Positions 11,961-25,260 of a stretch of DNA of 64,000 nt are shown here, one piece after another. Every line of letters starts with the position of its first letter. Positions within the stretch are counted from its first letter, which is position 1. The DNA comes from Octopus sinensis (taxonomy: Eukaryota). Made by a program: the position numbers and the translations under genes. A model generated the notes under the pieces. The model was not told where the DNA came from and made no database searches. It saw nothing but the letters and a program-made list of their open reading frames with translations. The stretch spans positions 38,130,001 through 38,194,000 of the forward strand of contig NC_043005.1 in the NCBI RefSeq assembly GCF_006345805.1. Reading direction: 5' to 3'.

Positions 11961-14900
11961 TATAATTCTTCTTCTTCTTCTTCTTCTTATTATTATTATT
12001 ATTATTATTACTATTATTATTATTATTATTATTATCATTATTATTGTTGTTGTTATTGACAACTTGACAGTTTTATTCAAGTTTTTGGAAAATTAATTTG
12101 AAAATTAGTTATATATTTTCAGTTTTTGAAATAATTTTAAAATATGTTGATTGGAATATGGTGGTCATAAAAAGCTTAATTATATTTTTCTGATTGAATT
12201 CTCAACACAACTTATTGTTTGAGTTATTAATAAAAAAAAAATAGCTACAAGAAATTCTGTTGCCTGCAAATTAAAATGCAAAAATTCTTGAAGTATTTTC
12301 ATCGTTTGCAATGATTGGCATATATATTAAGGAAATACTTTTAGACATATCTTAATGAAAATTGTATAGAGTACAAAAATATAGTGTATGTGTATGTATT
12401 GGTATATATATACATGTGAGTTTATGTATTTGCTTGTGTAGATACATGAGTATGTGTGAGTGTGTATACATTTATGCACATTTGGGGAGAATGGCTGTCA
12501 GGACAGATTTACGTTATATAAAACCATTATTGAATGCCTTAGATTAAATATCTGCTTTATACTACATAGAGTGTATCAATAGATTTAATAAGCATACTTG
12601 GGGTATACAAGATTTTTCTGGACTTTATAGAAAAATCTGTGATATGATGTTTAATGCAATATGGAGTTTATGAAGCTTCTGCAAAACACTACGGCAGCTA
12701 TTTATGTGAACATTTGAAGAAAAAAAAAAAGAAAAAGAGAAATGCCACTGAGAGATTTGTATTCAGAAAGCAATTTTGTATCTTTTGTGAGGAATATGCA
12801 GTATAATATCATACATGTTTAGTGTATAGATTATTTCTTTATCGATACTCTGTGTCACATTATATCATCACCATCATTCTTATCATCATTTTATATTCAG
12901 TCTTTAGTACTAGAATGTGTTGTATTAGTTCCTATGCAATAGTACATTTCCATATGCTATGGCTGCATTTCTGTATTTTTTATATAACCACAATCTACTA
13001 CCTACATCGGAAATTTGTCTCTACCTTCCACCCTCTCTCTAAGTGTATTTGTGTGTGTGTGTATTTATAGCTTTTAACTTGTTACTCGTTTTAGTCATTG
13101 GACTGCAGTCATACAGGGGCACCACCTTGCAAGATTTGACTCTAAAACTTATTTTTAAGCCTGACACTCATTTTATCAGTCTCTTTTTGCTGAGTCACTA
13201 AGTTATGGAGACATAAACAATCCATCGCCCATTATTGGTGGTGGGACAAACTCAAAGACACACACACAGCAGAGCCTGATTAAGACCCATAGAGGCCCTA
13301 AGCACTTAAAAGATTTTGGTGCCCTCAAGTATACATGAATGGTTCAAAATGTAAACAAAAATAGTTAGTTTCTCCTTATCTTAACTTTGCATGCAAGTTG
13401 TAAATGAGTGTCACAGCCATGCAAGATCTTGTCCTTCATTTCCAATCTTCTGGGGGAAACATGTTTGGTCATGGGGAAATATTACTTTGCTTGGCAAAAG
13501 TGTGGGCTGACAACAGGGAGGACACCCTACCATAAAAATTCTGTCACAACGAATTCCGTTTCAGCCATGCAAACATGGAAAAGTGGATGCTAAAACAATG
13601 ATATGAAAATGATATATGTCTTTCAGAATTTGAACCCTTGCAGTTTGTTTTTGTGCATTAAGTTCTAGTTAATAGTTCTTTATGCCTAGTTGTTATCAGA
13701 TTGCCTTTCACAGCTTATAAACCTACTGTCGTATGGAATTGGATTAGTAAATCAAGCACAAATTCAACATAGTAGACGTGATATGATTTTTGACACCTAA
13801 TCTCTTTTCATTTTTATTCCTTATGTTATTATTCTTTAGTTGTTGCCAAGATTTAGTCTCTAAATTCAGACTCTATATTAATAAAGACTCTAGCAGCTCA
13901 TTAATTATGTAATGACAGCCAGGCAGTTTTCATCATACTACTATGATTATACCAGTTTAAATAACCTCGATGTGTTGTTAGCCTTTGAGTCATTGTCATC
14001 TCTTTAGTATTTGAGCCTGTTTTCTGCAAACTTCAAAACTATGAATATATAGTTCCAGCATTGAGGACATGGAACAATCATGTAGAAACAAGATCTGATT
14101 GTGTTTTATCAATTATAAATCATACATGGAAGACACCCACATTAGCTCTTTAAGAAATCAAGCTCAAAGATTTGCAGCATTTTAAGTTTAACAAAATTGG
14201 ATTTACCTTCATGTTTTTTAACAAAAAAATTATATCATTCTGTCCTTCCCTAAAGAATGGGTCCCCTCGGGCGACAGTACTGTTGTCATAGAATATGGGC
14301 ATATGAAGCTGTTGCCCATGGATCCAAAAGGTCTGGAGGTTTAATGCTAATCCATGTATGCTGTAGTTTTCTGTCAATAAATAAATATAATTGGCTAAAG
14401 TGGCTTGCTTTATCCAGGAGTTATGAAATGCTGTTGAGGGGGCCCTGGCCCTGTTGATCCACTGTCAAAAATCATTAAAAGTTAAAAATCATAGAAGAAA
14501 TTTTTACTTAGTTTATCAACCCACTTTAGGTAGCAGCCAAATCCCCTTTAAATCCCTTTCCACCATCTTTAAGGAAAGTCACACCAAACAGATACTTAAA
14601 AGCTCTATGTTGAAAAAAAAAGTATATTGTAGGGCCATGGTTGGAACAAACTTGACCACTAGCTTGCGTGTACAAGAATGCCTTAGGGTAGAGGGAGAGA
14701 TATCACTTCCATTTTATATAATTTTCTAGTCTGATGTCCATTTTACTCAGGATAATTATGAGCTGCATTTGTCTGGAGTTTTATGTCACAGTTATATATT
14801 TATTAATGGCACACTAGGTAGTGATGATTAAAATAAAGTAGTGTAACATTTATATTTGCGTACATTCAAATATAAAAAGCTTTTTACGGCAATAACCATT

Positions 14901-15931
14901 GGCAAAAGAAACTCTTCTATAAACAACAACACTCTCAGATGAGCTGTGAACGATGTCATTGGACTGTGGTACAAATTACAGCTACATACGCAATCATAAT
15001 CATGATGATGATCATCATCATCATCATTTAATGTTCACTTTTCCACACTTGCATGAATTGGATGGAATTTATTGAGGCAGATTTTTGTGTTTGGATGCTC
15101 TTCCTGTCACCAAACCTCATCTGTGTCTAAGCAAGGTAATATTTCCCCATGGCTAGCCATACATTTTCACAGAACACTGGAAATCAACAGCTTCACATCT
15201 ACAATGGTTATGTTCATTTCAGCTGCTGCATGATGCCAAGACAAGAATGGTCTCTCACACACACATGAGAGGCTTCATCACAGTTTCTGCTTACCAAATC
15301 CACTAACAAGTATTTGGTTGGCTTGGAGCTATGAAAGAAGACACTTATCTAACATGCCACACAGTGGGGTTGAACCCAAGATCACATGGTTGGGAAGCAA
15401 GCTACTTAACCACATGACCATATTTTAAACTACAGTTGAATGTATTTATTCATTCAATAATTTATTTGTTATGAGAATCAGAACTCCAATTTTATCGAAA
15501 CTTTCTCCTTAAAAATCAAGTTATCTAATTCAATATTTAATTCAATTATTCAACAAGATAGTAGAGGCAAGAGAAATTAATTTCTGTTCAGCAAATACAT
15601 AAAGTTGCTCTATTCATAAGTGTATTTAAACTGTGCTTTTGTGTAAAAAGAAAAAAAGATTTCATAGATGCAGGTGGGGGCAGCGGTGTGGTAAGAAGCT
15701 TTCTTCCTAACCATATTATTCCAGGTTCAGTCCCACTGTGTGGCACCTCAGGCAAGTGTCTTCTACTATAGCTTCAGGCCAATCAAAAGCCTTTTGAGTG
15801 GATTTGGTAGGTGGAAACTGAAAGAAGCCCATATATATATTTATGTATATAGAAATAAATGTAGGGATAAGCAAGTTTGACAGATCAATACATAAAGTAT
15901 TACTATGTTGATACATGAAATACGAAAGATG

Positions 15932-16300
15932 TAGGTGCAGGAGCGGCTGTGTGGTAAGTAGCTTGCTTACCGGCCACATGGCTCCAGGTTCACTCCCACT
16001 GCATGGCACCTTGTGCAAGTGCCTACTATAACATCGGGCTGACCTTGTGAGTGGATTTGGTTGATGGAAGCTGAAAGCAGCCTGTCATATGTGTGTGTGT
16101 ATGTGTGTCTGTGTTTGTCCCCACAACATCACTTGACAACTGATGCTGGTGTGCTTGCATCCTCAGAACTTAGTGGTTTGGCAAAAGACACTGATGGAAT
16201 AAGTTTTAGGCTTACAAAGAATAAGTCCTGGGGTTGATTTCTTCAGCCCATTAAGGTAGTGTTCTGGCAGTCAAATGACTGAAACAAGTAAGAGAATAGA
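15932..16300 (+). mobile_element. Full-length dominant-family SINE (a second head copy lies at 15668-15832)
   Basis: GGTGCAGGAGCGGCTGTGTGGTAAGTAGCTTGC...GGCACCTTGTGCAAGTG...(GT)n...tail ending GAAACAAGTAAGAGAATAGA. Confidence 0.85.
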
Positions 16301-17099
16301 AGTATATCATAAACCACCTTTCCACCAAATAATCATATGTATATGTGTGTGTTTTGGTTTAGTGGTTAGGGATTTGGTTGTTCATATTAGTAAGCTTGTG
16401 AGATCAATTCCTGAACCAGGCAATAAGTTGCAGCCTTCAGCAATGCACATCGTTTCACCTTACTCATGTCTGCTCAGTTGAAAACAGTTACCAACTGATA
16501 ACAGGTGGTACAATACACTCTCTTTCTCTCCCCAGCCAGTCGTCACATTTCTGATGCTTTGTGTGGTCAATGAATGGGATGGCTGAGCAGTTGTCTATGT
16601 CTGCTTGCAACTAACTACATAAGCATGTAAAACAACCAGCTAAAGAACCATACAAGCTGCTGAGTTATACATATAAGTAACAGCTAAGATTTTTACTTCC
16701 TATACAAAATTACACACACATGTGTGTGTGAGTGTATATGTGTGTATGTATGTATATATATATATATGGAGAGAGAGAGAGAGAGAGAGAGAGATATGCA
16801 CAGATGGATAGATAATGAATGAGAGAGAGAACACAAACCTTAAGAGACACTTTAAAAATTTCCTAGAAGGTGGAAAATATACCAATAAAATTAATACAAG
16901 GATTAAAAATAAGCTTTTACTAATTCTTGAATTATATTTAAGTCAGAAAATAAAATATTGTATTTATTTTATCATAATTTAAATACATTCAATTTTATTT
17001 TCACGTATTTATATTGTTCATTAAATATTCGATTTTTCTCAGTCAGATATATAAAATGATACATCTATATATGTATGTCTGTGTGTATGTATACATATG

Positions 17100-17201
<102 letters not shown>

Positions 17202-17206
17202 ATATA

Positions 17207-17242
<36 letters not shown>

Positions 17243-17744
17243 TGTATGTATATATATGCATGTATATATATGTATATATATATATATATATATGTGTGTC
17301 TGTATATATATATATGTCTGTGTTTGTGTGTGTATGTATGTATGCATGTATAAACACACACACACACACATATATGTGTCTCTCTGTGTGTGTGTGTGTG
17401 TATGTATATGGTTGGGTGCATAGAGAGGTAGGTATATATGTATGTATCTTCCTTATGTAAGATTAGTATTCAGAAATATTGCGGTAGAAAATGAAACAGA
17501 AAACTGAAAATAAGTGATAAGAAATGGGAGGAATGGGGTGTTGATGTTGGGGATGGTGGTGAAAGAAAATTCTTTTTCAAGTACAATGATTAAATGTATA
17601 CATATATAGGTGTATTCACTGTATGAATGTGTTCTCTGCATGAGCATGTATACATAAACATGTGTATGTTTGTAAGTGTATGAACATACATACTCAGGCA
17701 CCAAATACATACACCTGTACATACAAGCATATATATATATACAT

Positions 17745-17794
<50 letters not shown>

Positions 17795-17853
17795 ATAATA
17801 CATATATATATATATATATAATATGTATGTATATATGTATATATATATATATG

Positions 17854-17897
<44 letters not shown>

Positions 17898-18443
17898 ATA
17901 TATAATATATATATATATAATACATATATAAATATCTATGTATATATATATATTTAAATAGACATGTGCATATATACACACACATATAAATATATATATA
18001 TGTACATACATGCACACACATATATGTATATATAAAGATACATACATTCATGTATAGGTATGTATAGAAACGTTCCATATGCACCTGCACAGCCATACAA
18101 CTATGTTGTGTATGTTTTCGTGAATGTTTCATTTCATTATATTTGTGCCTCTGCATGTGTGTATATGTGTGTGTATGTGTATGTATGTATGTTTCCGTTT
18201 ATGCCAGTTGAAAAGAACACCATATGATCCACATATTGTGCTATTTCCGAGTTTATCGTTTATCGACTTAGAGATTTGTTTCCTTTGTGAGAATACATGA
18301 AAATCACTTTACAAGTAGAAATATATCGTAGTGTGGGTGTATGTGTGTAGATGTATGTAGACGTGTGTGTGTGTGTATTTGTGTGTGCATTCATACATAC
18401 ATTCATATATACATACATATATATATGTATGTGTATATATATT

Positions 18444-18505
<62 letters not shown>

Positions 18506-19029
18506 GTATGTATATATGTATGTATGTATATATATATATGTATGTATATATATATATATGTATGTATATATATATGTATGTATATAATATATATATATAT
18601 ATGTGTGTATGTTTATGTATATATATATGTGTGTGTGTGTATGTATATATATATATGTGTGTATGTTTATGTATATATATATATGTGTGTGTGTGTGTGT
18701 ATATATATATATACATACACATGTGTGTGAGTGTATGTGTATATGTATGTATATATACACCCAGAACCATGCTAATAGCTTAGGAATGAAATTTAAGATT
18801 CCTCAGTTTTCTGTAAATCGATTTTGATAAAACTTTTCCCAGCTGGTTTGAACACTATGGCAACACCATTGTTATGTTTTCATTTTTCTGTGTGACGTCC
18901 TTTGTTTTGTACTTTAGATTCTTCAGTTTCTGGGTGAACCATGCTTATAGCTTTTGAATGAAAATTGCTGCCCATCTGGACATTTGTTTTCAGAAAATGA
19001 GGGGTAATGATAGATATTAAACATACATT

Positions 19030-19985
19030 GAGAATATATTTAACAGAAAAACCATAATAGTATTTTAACATTTATGGACCTAATGAATTATTTAGCCACA
19101 TGAGTGCCATTTCAAGGGATAACTTCAAAAACCCTACTAGTCGTGGAATCTGTCAATTTCTTAATAGTAGCTGGTTGGACTACCTCTGCTGCAGCTTTGA
19201 TAGTTGCCCATATGACATTTTTTTATGTAAATTGGTGTCCATCAGCATAAACATCTTGTTTAATGATGGACCAAAGATTTTCAGTAGGGTTAAGATCCAA
19301 AGATGCTAGCAGCCACACCATCAACCTTTCACCTTGTACGTTGTAAGATCCTAGGAATGTTTGGGTGGTCCTAGCAGAGTGGGAGGGAGCATTGTCATGC
19401 ATGGATATGAGATTCCTTAGAAGTGACCACAGTATGTCATTTAGCTAGGGATCCAAGACCTTCAGGAGATTGCTGTAGGTAATTACGGTCACCTTAACCT
19501 CTTCAGGCACCCTGGCTGGGCCAAAAAGTCTGCCCCAATGATACCAGCCCACAACGTGCTCCTCCACTCTGTTGTTGATGTCATTAATATTGGTGGTGCT
19601 CCTCTCCAAAATAGACCCAACCATCAGGTTCATCAAAGGTTGCCCTGGTTTTGTCAGAGAACAGAAAACTGCTTATGTCTAAGGTCATATACTTTTGGAC
19701 CCATTGAAACCTCAGACTCCTGTGAGGGATTCTCACACAGAAGCTATGGTCCCAATGATGTGATTTCTGGTGGTTTTTGGTACATGAGGAAGTCTGAAGG
19801 TGGTGAAAATGGCTTTTCTTGTTTGTCTGGGTTTCCCATATAACTTGGGGCCTTAAATCTTTAGCTGTCACAGTCTTGGAGGTCCCACAATCAGATTGTT
19901 TCTTCTTTAGTGCTCATGTGGCTAAATAATTCATTATGTCAATAAATGTCATAATATTTTTATGGTTTTCTGTTAAATATATATG
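19030..19985 (-). mobile_element. Degenerate Tc1 (DD34E-type) transposon
   Basis: Minus strand WVQKYM..FLFSDKTRATFDEPDGW, GPARVPEEVK, MHDNAPSHSARTT, MVWLLASLDLNPTENL. Inverted repeats at ~19035-19105 and ~19913-19985; the left TIR may extend to ~18757. Confidence 0.85.
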
Positions 19986-20519
19986 GAATGTGACAAAGGT
20001 AGGCCTTTAAAAATATAGGTACTACTCATTCTTATCAGCTGAGCAGACTGTAGCAATTAGCAATATGAAATAAAGTGTCTTACTCAAGGACACAATACAC
20101 TGTTGGATATCGAATTCACTACCTTACAATCATAAGCCAATATTGTAAACCACTTAGCCTCATATTTTCACAGATAAATAGACACACACATACATGCGTA
20201 TTCACACACACATACACACACACATGCACACAATCATGATATTTTAGCATCCGTTTTTCCATGCTCACATGAGTCACATAGAATTTGTTTTCTGGCAAAT
20301 GTTTTTAGACTTGATAAACCCTCAACTTGTTTCTAACTCAAGTAATGTTTTCCCATGGTTGGACATGATTTTTGCAGAATAATGGAAATGAAGGTTGTTG
20401 TTTGTATGACACAGTGACACTCCTTTTACAACCATTGTGTAAGGTCAAGACAAGGAAACACAAACACACACATATCCATGCACATACATAGAGACATTCA
20501 CATACATACAAACACACAT

Positions 20520-21033
20520 ACATCATCATCATCATCATTTAGCATCCATTGTCCATGATGGCATGGGTTGGATGATTTGACTGGGCTGGCACACTGGAAG
20601 GCTGCCCCAGGTTCAAGTTTGATTTGGCATGGTTTTCTATGGATGGATGCTCTTCCTAATGCCAACGTGTCTGAGAGTGTAATGTGTGCTTTTATGTGCC
20701 TTCAGGTGGGTGTCATTTGCATGACACCAGTATCTGCCATGTCTGTAATTTTGCTCAGCTTGATGGCTCTTTTTCTCAAGCATGACATAATGCTAAAGGT
20801 ATTGGTCGTTACCTTCATGAGGCCCAATACTCAAAAGGAACTCAACCACCTCACTTCCATGATGGCTGTGTTCCTTTCGAGCATTGGGTTTCATGGAAGC
20901 AAAGTGGCCAAGTTCCTTTCAAGAGTTGGGTCTCAGGGAGGCAATGACCAAGACCTTTGATATTATGTCATGCTTGAGAAGAAGAGCCATCAAGCCACGC
21001 CTTATCACAGTCATGGCAGATACTGGAGTTGCA
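20520..21033 (-). mobile_element. RTE-LINE 3' fragment with (GAT)n tail and an inverted duplication of its inner end
   Basis: Homologous to 44697-45200; 20718-20862 is the reverse complement of 20891-21033. Confidence 0.75.
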
Positions 21034-22829
21034 CATATTTATAAACATATACAAAGGAACATACATATAATCTTCTTTCAGTTCTTGTATACCAAATCCA
21101 CTCACAAGGCTTTTAGCTGGCCCACAACTGTAATAGAAGATAGTTGCCCTAGTAGCTACACAGGATGGAGTGTGTGCATGTGTATGCATTATATATACAT
21201 GTATATATACTCACTCACACGTGTGTGTGTGTATATATATATGTATATATGTATTCATATACACACAAATATCCATATAAGTGTATCTGCCTGTATACAT
21301 TACATACATATATATATGTATATTACATATATATATATATACATACATGTGTGTGTGTACATGCATGTATATTCACACTCAATAGGTAGAAATAAATGAA
21401 TGGAAAATTCCTTTTCTCTAATCTATAATTGTTGTATTTCATTATTATTTTCTATATAATTTTAATTAATTTCAAAAAAAATGTTTCTCCTCTTTTTGAT
21501 TAGTGCATCAATTCTGTTAATTTTGAAAATTGGAAAAAATTTTCGTTAAGTTTTCTTCTTTGCTTTAATTTTCACATCTTTACCATTTTTATAGCTCTTT
21601 TTTTTTTTTTTTCAAATCTGTCATTTTATAATTTTCTTAAGAAATGTTTTTAAATAACTATGTTGAGATTTTTCTATTTTACTCATGGACAATAGAATTT
21701 CATTGGTTTTGTTGTGCTTATTAGATTGTCGGTTCAATTCTCTATCCCACAATTTCAGGAACAAAAACACAACAAAGCAGAACTTTTTTTTTAAAATTTT
21801 CTTTTGGATATTTCATAACCATACACTGATGCAGACCTCTGGATCATTACTGGATTGAATTGATATTATCAGTTTACTATGCTTTTGTCATGATTATAAG
21901 CATGCTAATTTGTCATACCTGTCATGGTTCTAACCCTTTCGTGACCATATTTCTGATGAAATACACAGCATATGTGTTTCAATTAATTTGGAAGTAATCA
22001 GAAATTTTAAAGATTTAGGAAAATGAATAACTTTTTCATTAATAAGCTGGTGTTTCGGAACATAATTTAACAAAAGGTTGTAACATAGATTGATGATGGA
22101 AGGTTTTAATTTGAATATGAACACTTTAAAATACGAAGTATTGCATCATGGAGTCAGAGACTGTCTGAAAAAAGTTGGTGTCAAAAGAATTAGATTGTTT
22201 TCAATTCAGGAGCAAGGCCAGCAAGTGAGAAAGAGAGGGTTTAGCTGATACGCTCAACCCAATGCTTGACTGTTACTTTTTTTTATCCATCCTAGACAGG
22301 ATAAAAGATGAAGCTGACCTCACAGATATTTAAGAAGAGCAGGAACAAATACCATAAGATACTCTAACAATCTTCCATTCCACTGCCTTTCCAAATGGAT
22401 TACTAATGAACATAACTTTTTCATAATTTCGCCACACTTGTTAAACTTGTCAATTTACTAATTGCCCTCCTGTTCATCATTTATGTCAAAGTTTCAATTC
22501 CTGACAATTTTGACACATAGTGATAACTTTATTGGCTATCTTGATTTTTCCTAGCTTCTTTGAGTTGGGGTAGATTGATAAATCTTTACTAACTTTCACA
22601 ATATGATTTTTTGCTTCTTTTTGTATTTTGTTTCTCTGTTACACACACAATATATGTATGTACGATGGATTTTCTCATCATGAATGACAAATGAGGATTT
22701 AGTAAAATAAAGCAGTAATCAATGTTCTATGGACACTAGTGTGTCTCTTGAGGCCTGCTAGTGCCTTAACTTTCTGGCAAATAGAACAAATCACACTGTC
22801 AGTCAGGTTCCAGTAAAGCCTCTGTTTAA

Positions 22830-23030
22830 CACTTTTAACACTTTTAACACTCCAAACCACCCTGTTTCAAAGTGACTTCTATTAAAATTTCCCATCAAAG
22901 TATCATGTTGATTTATATTCCAAAAATCTGTCTAATAATAACAGAGTTATTCTAATAAATTTTTCATTATTTTCAAAATTAATTGAAACAGATGCAGCAT
23001 ATTTTAACAGAAACATGATAACAAAAGTGC
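22830..23030 (+). mobile_element. Old piggyBac-like MITE family copy
   Basis: Similar to 47275-47840 and, inverted, to 47960-48400 (shared ATCATGTTGATTTAT...TTTTCAAAATTAATTGAAACA...AACAGAAA.ATGATAACAAAA). Confidence 0.5.
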
Positions 23031-23737
23031 TTTGTTTTTACTCTAAAAGAAGACTTTGCACATAATCACATCATTTTAGAGCTAGAGGTTTATCTTCTGT
23101 TCTACCATAATTCCTGTAAACATAGATATTGAACTTTAAGGGCTATAGGTATTTAGGTTATCAATTATAGTAAACAACCGAAGCACTTATAGCTGACCTG
23201 ATAATTTTTTTCTGTTATACTTGGGAAGTTTACAGCACACAAATATATTTAGAATAAAAAAATAACAGTTTGTTTTTCTTTCAAAACAAAATAAAGGTGA
23301 ATTGTTTCCAACTCCTTTGAGGTAGCCATGTTACTATAATGGACTGATTACCACTGATGAGTGAAGTTGAAAGGGGTTGGAAGTGGGGGAGATACGATGT
23401 AAAAGGCAAGCCTGAAATGAAGATGTTTGCATTCCCACATCACAGCTGTATGAGATGTAGACATCGTATATCAGATTGTAGAGTAATGCAAGGACTTTTA
23501 ACTCTGTCAATTTTTACACACTTGTTATCAAGTTATCTACTATCGCACATAACCGACAGCAGGACTTATCATAAAGCATGATAACGGATTGTAACGTTAG
23601 AGTATAAGTGACGTTTATGGACACCTTATATGTATTTAGAGTTTGGTATGTTTCCTTTACATATAGATATCTATACACAGACACACACACACATTTACGC
23701 ACACATGTATATGTACATGTGTAAGTGTGTATGTGTG

Positions 23738-23771
<34 letters not shown>

Positions 23772-24661
23772 AAATGGAATGAAAGAAAGTGAAATAAAAT
23801 GAAATATAATAAAATATTTACATCATTACATCAAATGTATCTAGCATTTGAGAAGGATTGTGCTTCTACTAAAGGGAGGAAATCCAACAGTTATAGTTAC
23901 AGTGGAGTGAAGGCCATGGTTGGATTGGAAGAAGCAGCTAAGAGATATCACTGCTAAGATATTGGGTGGCATTATCTCTGAGGTGATTGTAGATTTGTTG
24001 TTGTTGATTGAAATTGAAAAAGGGGCTTAAAAGAATAGGCTGCATTGTTAGTGTAAATCTCTAGATACCATTCATCTTTGTATTTTGTGTTTTTGTCTGT
24101 AAATCCATTCCTTTCCTTTTTCTACAAAGATCTCTGTCTCTCAGATCCATTAGATAAAACTGGACTACATACATGATTAAAGGCAAAGCTATGCAATTTT
24201 AATTCTTTAAATTCAGTAATGAATTCATATCCTTTTTGTTCTTTTGTTCTGTTTTGGGGGGTTTTGTTTTGGTGGTGGGGTTAATGCCATTTCATTTAAG
24301 AAACATTCAGTTTCCTTCAGGTAATTACAAAGTATCATTTGGAGATGATCCTTTCAAATCAGTAAAACAAAACATGTAATTCCTCTGTTAAGATGGCTTT
24401 AATAACCAATGGCCAACCTCATGAATTCATAATGAAACCTATGATTATAATTAGCATTAGAATAATTAAAAAAGCAAAAAATTTATGACAGATAAAAAAA
24501 TAAACTAAGATACAGAACAAAACAGCCTCAGCAACAAACAGTTGATGTAACGAAAACGTCATTTGTAACCCAAAATGATAAACAAAAATAATATGAGATC
24601 AGATATAATAAAATTAATACCAGAAGGAATTTTTCATCATGGGGATACATATACATATACA

Positions 24662-24704
<43 letters not shown>

Positions 24705-24859
24705 TGAGAGGTATTGATGTCAAGAAGATCCAAAGGAGTCAGGTAATGCTGAGTAAATGCTATGGACTGACTATACCTAAGCTCCAGGTTTGATAATGAT
24801 ATGAATGAGGAGTCCAACGTATGTTGTGTATTAATATGCATATATATAAAAAAATTATC

Positions 24860-25260
24860 AGAATGAGATAAAAAATCCAAGGTTGTGAATAGTTTTCAGA
24901 ACATTTATAAAGAGAAGGTCTTACAGCTGTTTCCATGATATTTTATATATCCCTTCATCAGAGATGGTGTGAGAAGTGTTTAAGTGATAGTTATTATAGA
25001 GAAGATATGAAATACAGAGTGAAGTGGAGGAATGAAAACAGGTGTGAGATACGTAAGGATATTGTATCTGCAGTTCCATCATTTAAGCAAAATGATGTAT
25101 ATACAAGTTTCCAGTACCTTGTGTATGAGTTCCAATGATGTTTATAGTTGGTCATTCCAAGCATAGAGTCTTGTAAATGGTGTTCAGCAAAATGTACTTG
25201 ATTTAGTCAAGGTTAAACATTAATGAATACAGGAGTTGTATGGGAGCTACTTCAAATTTT
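24860..25260. mobile_element. Penelope-like element remnant (terminal repeat with hammerhead-like motif; possible GIY-YIG remnant on +)
   Basis: Hammerhead core on minus at 24919-24964; plus-strand SAVPSFKQNDVYTSFQYLVYEFQ* and L.NGVQQNV weakly resemble the PLE GIY-YIG region. Confidence 0.5.
24919..24964 (-). ncRNA. Minimal type I hammerhead ribozyme-like motif (Penelope-associated), probably degenerate
   Basis: Minus strand TCT-CTGATGA-AGGGATAT-ATAAA-ATATCATG-GAAA-CAGCTG-TA-AGA: exact CUGAUGA/GAAA/UH core, palindromic helix III, 3-bp helix I, imperfect helix II. Confidence 0.6.

Noticed and set aside
13270-13330. hAT-like terminal sequence CAGAGCCTGATTAAG...GGCCCTAAGCAC
   Set aside because: No matching second TIR or 8-bp TSD found.
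23354-23375. CTGATGA...GAAA hammerhead-like string
   Set aside because: No helix II pairing, helix III or UH site.
24320-24380. Possible exon after TTCCTTCAG (GNYKVSFGDDPFKSVKQNM*); similar acceptors at ~25850 and ~29269
   Set aside because: Early stops, no good donor and no recognisable domain.
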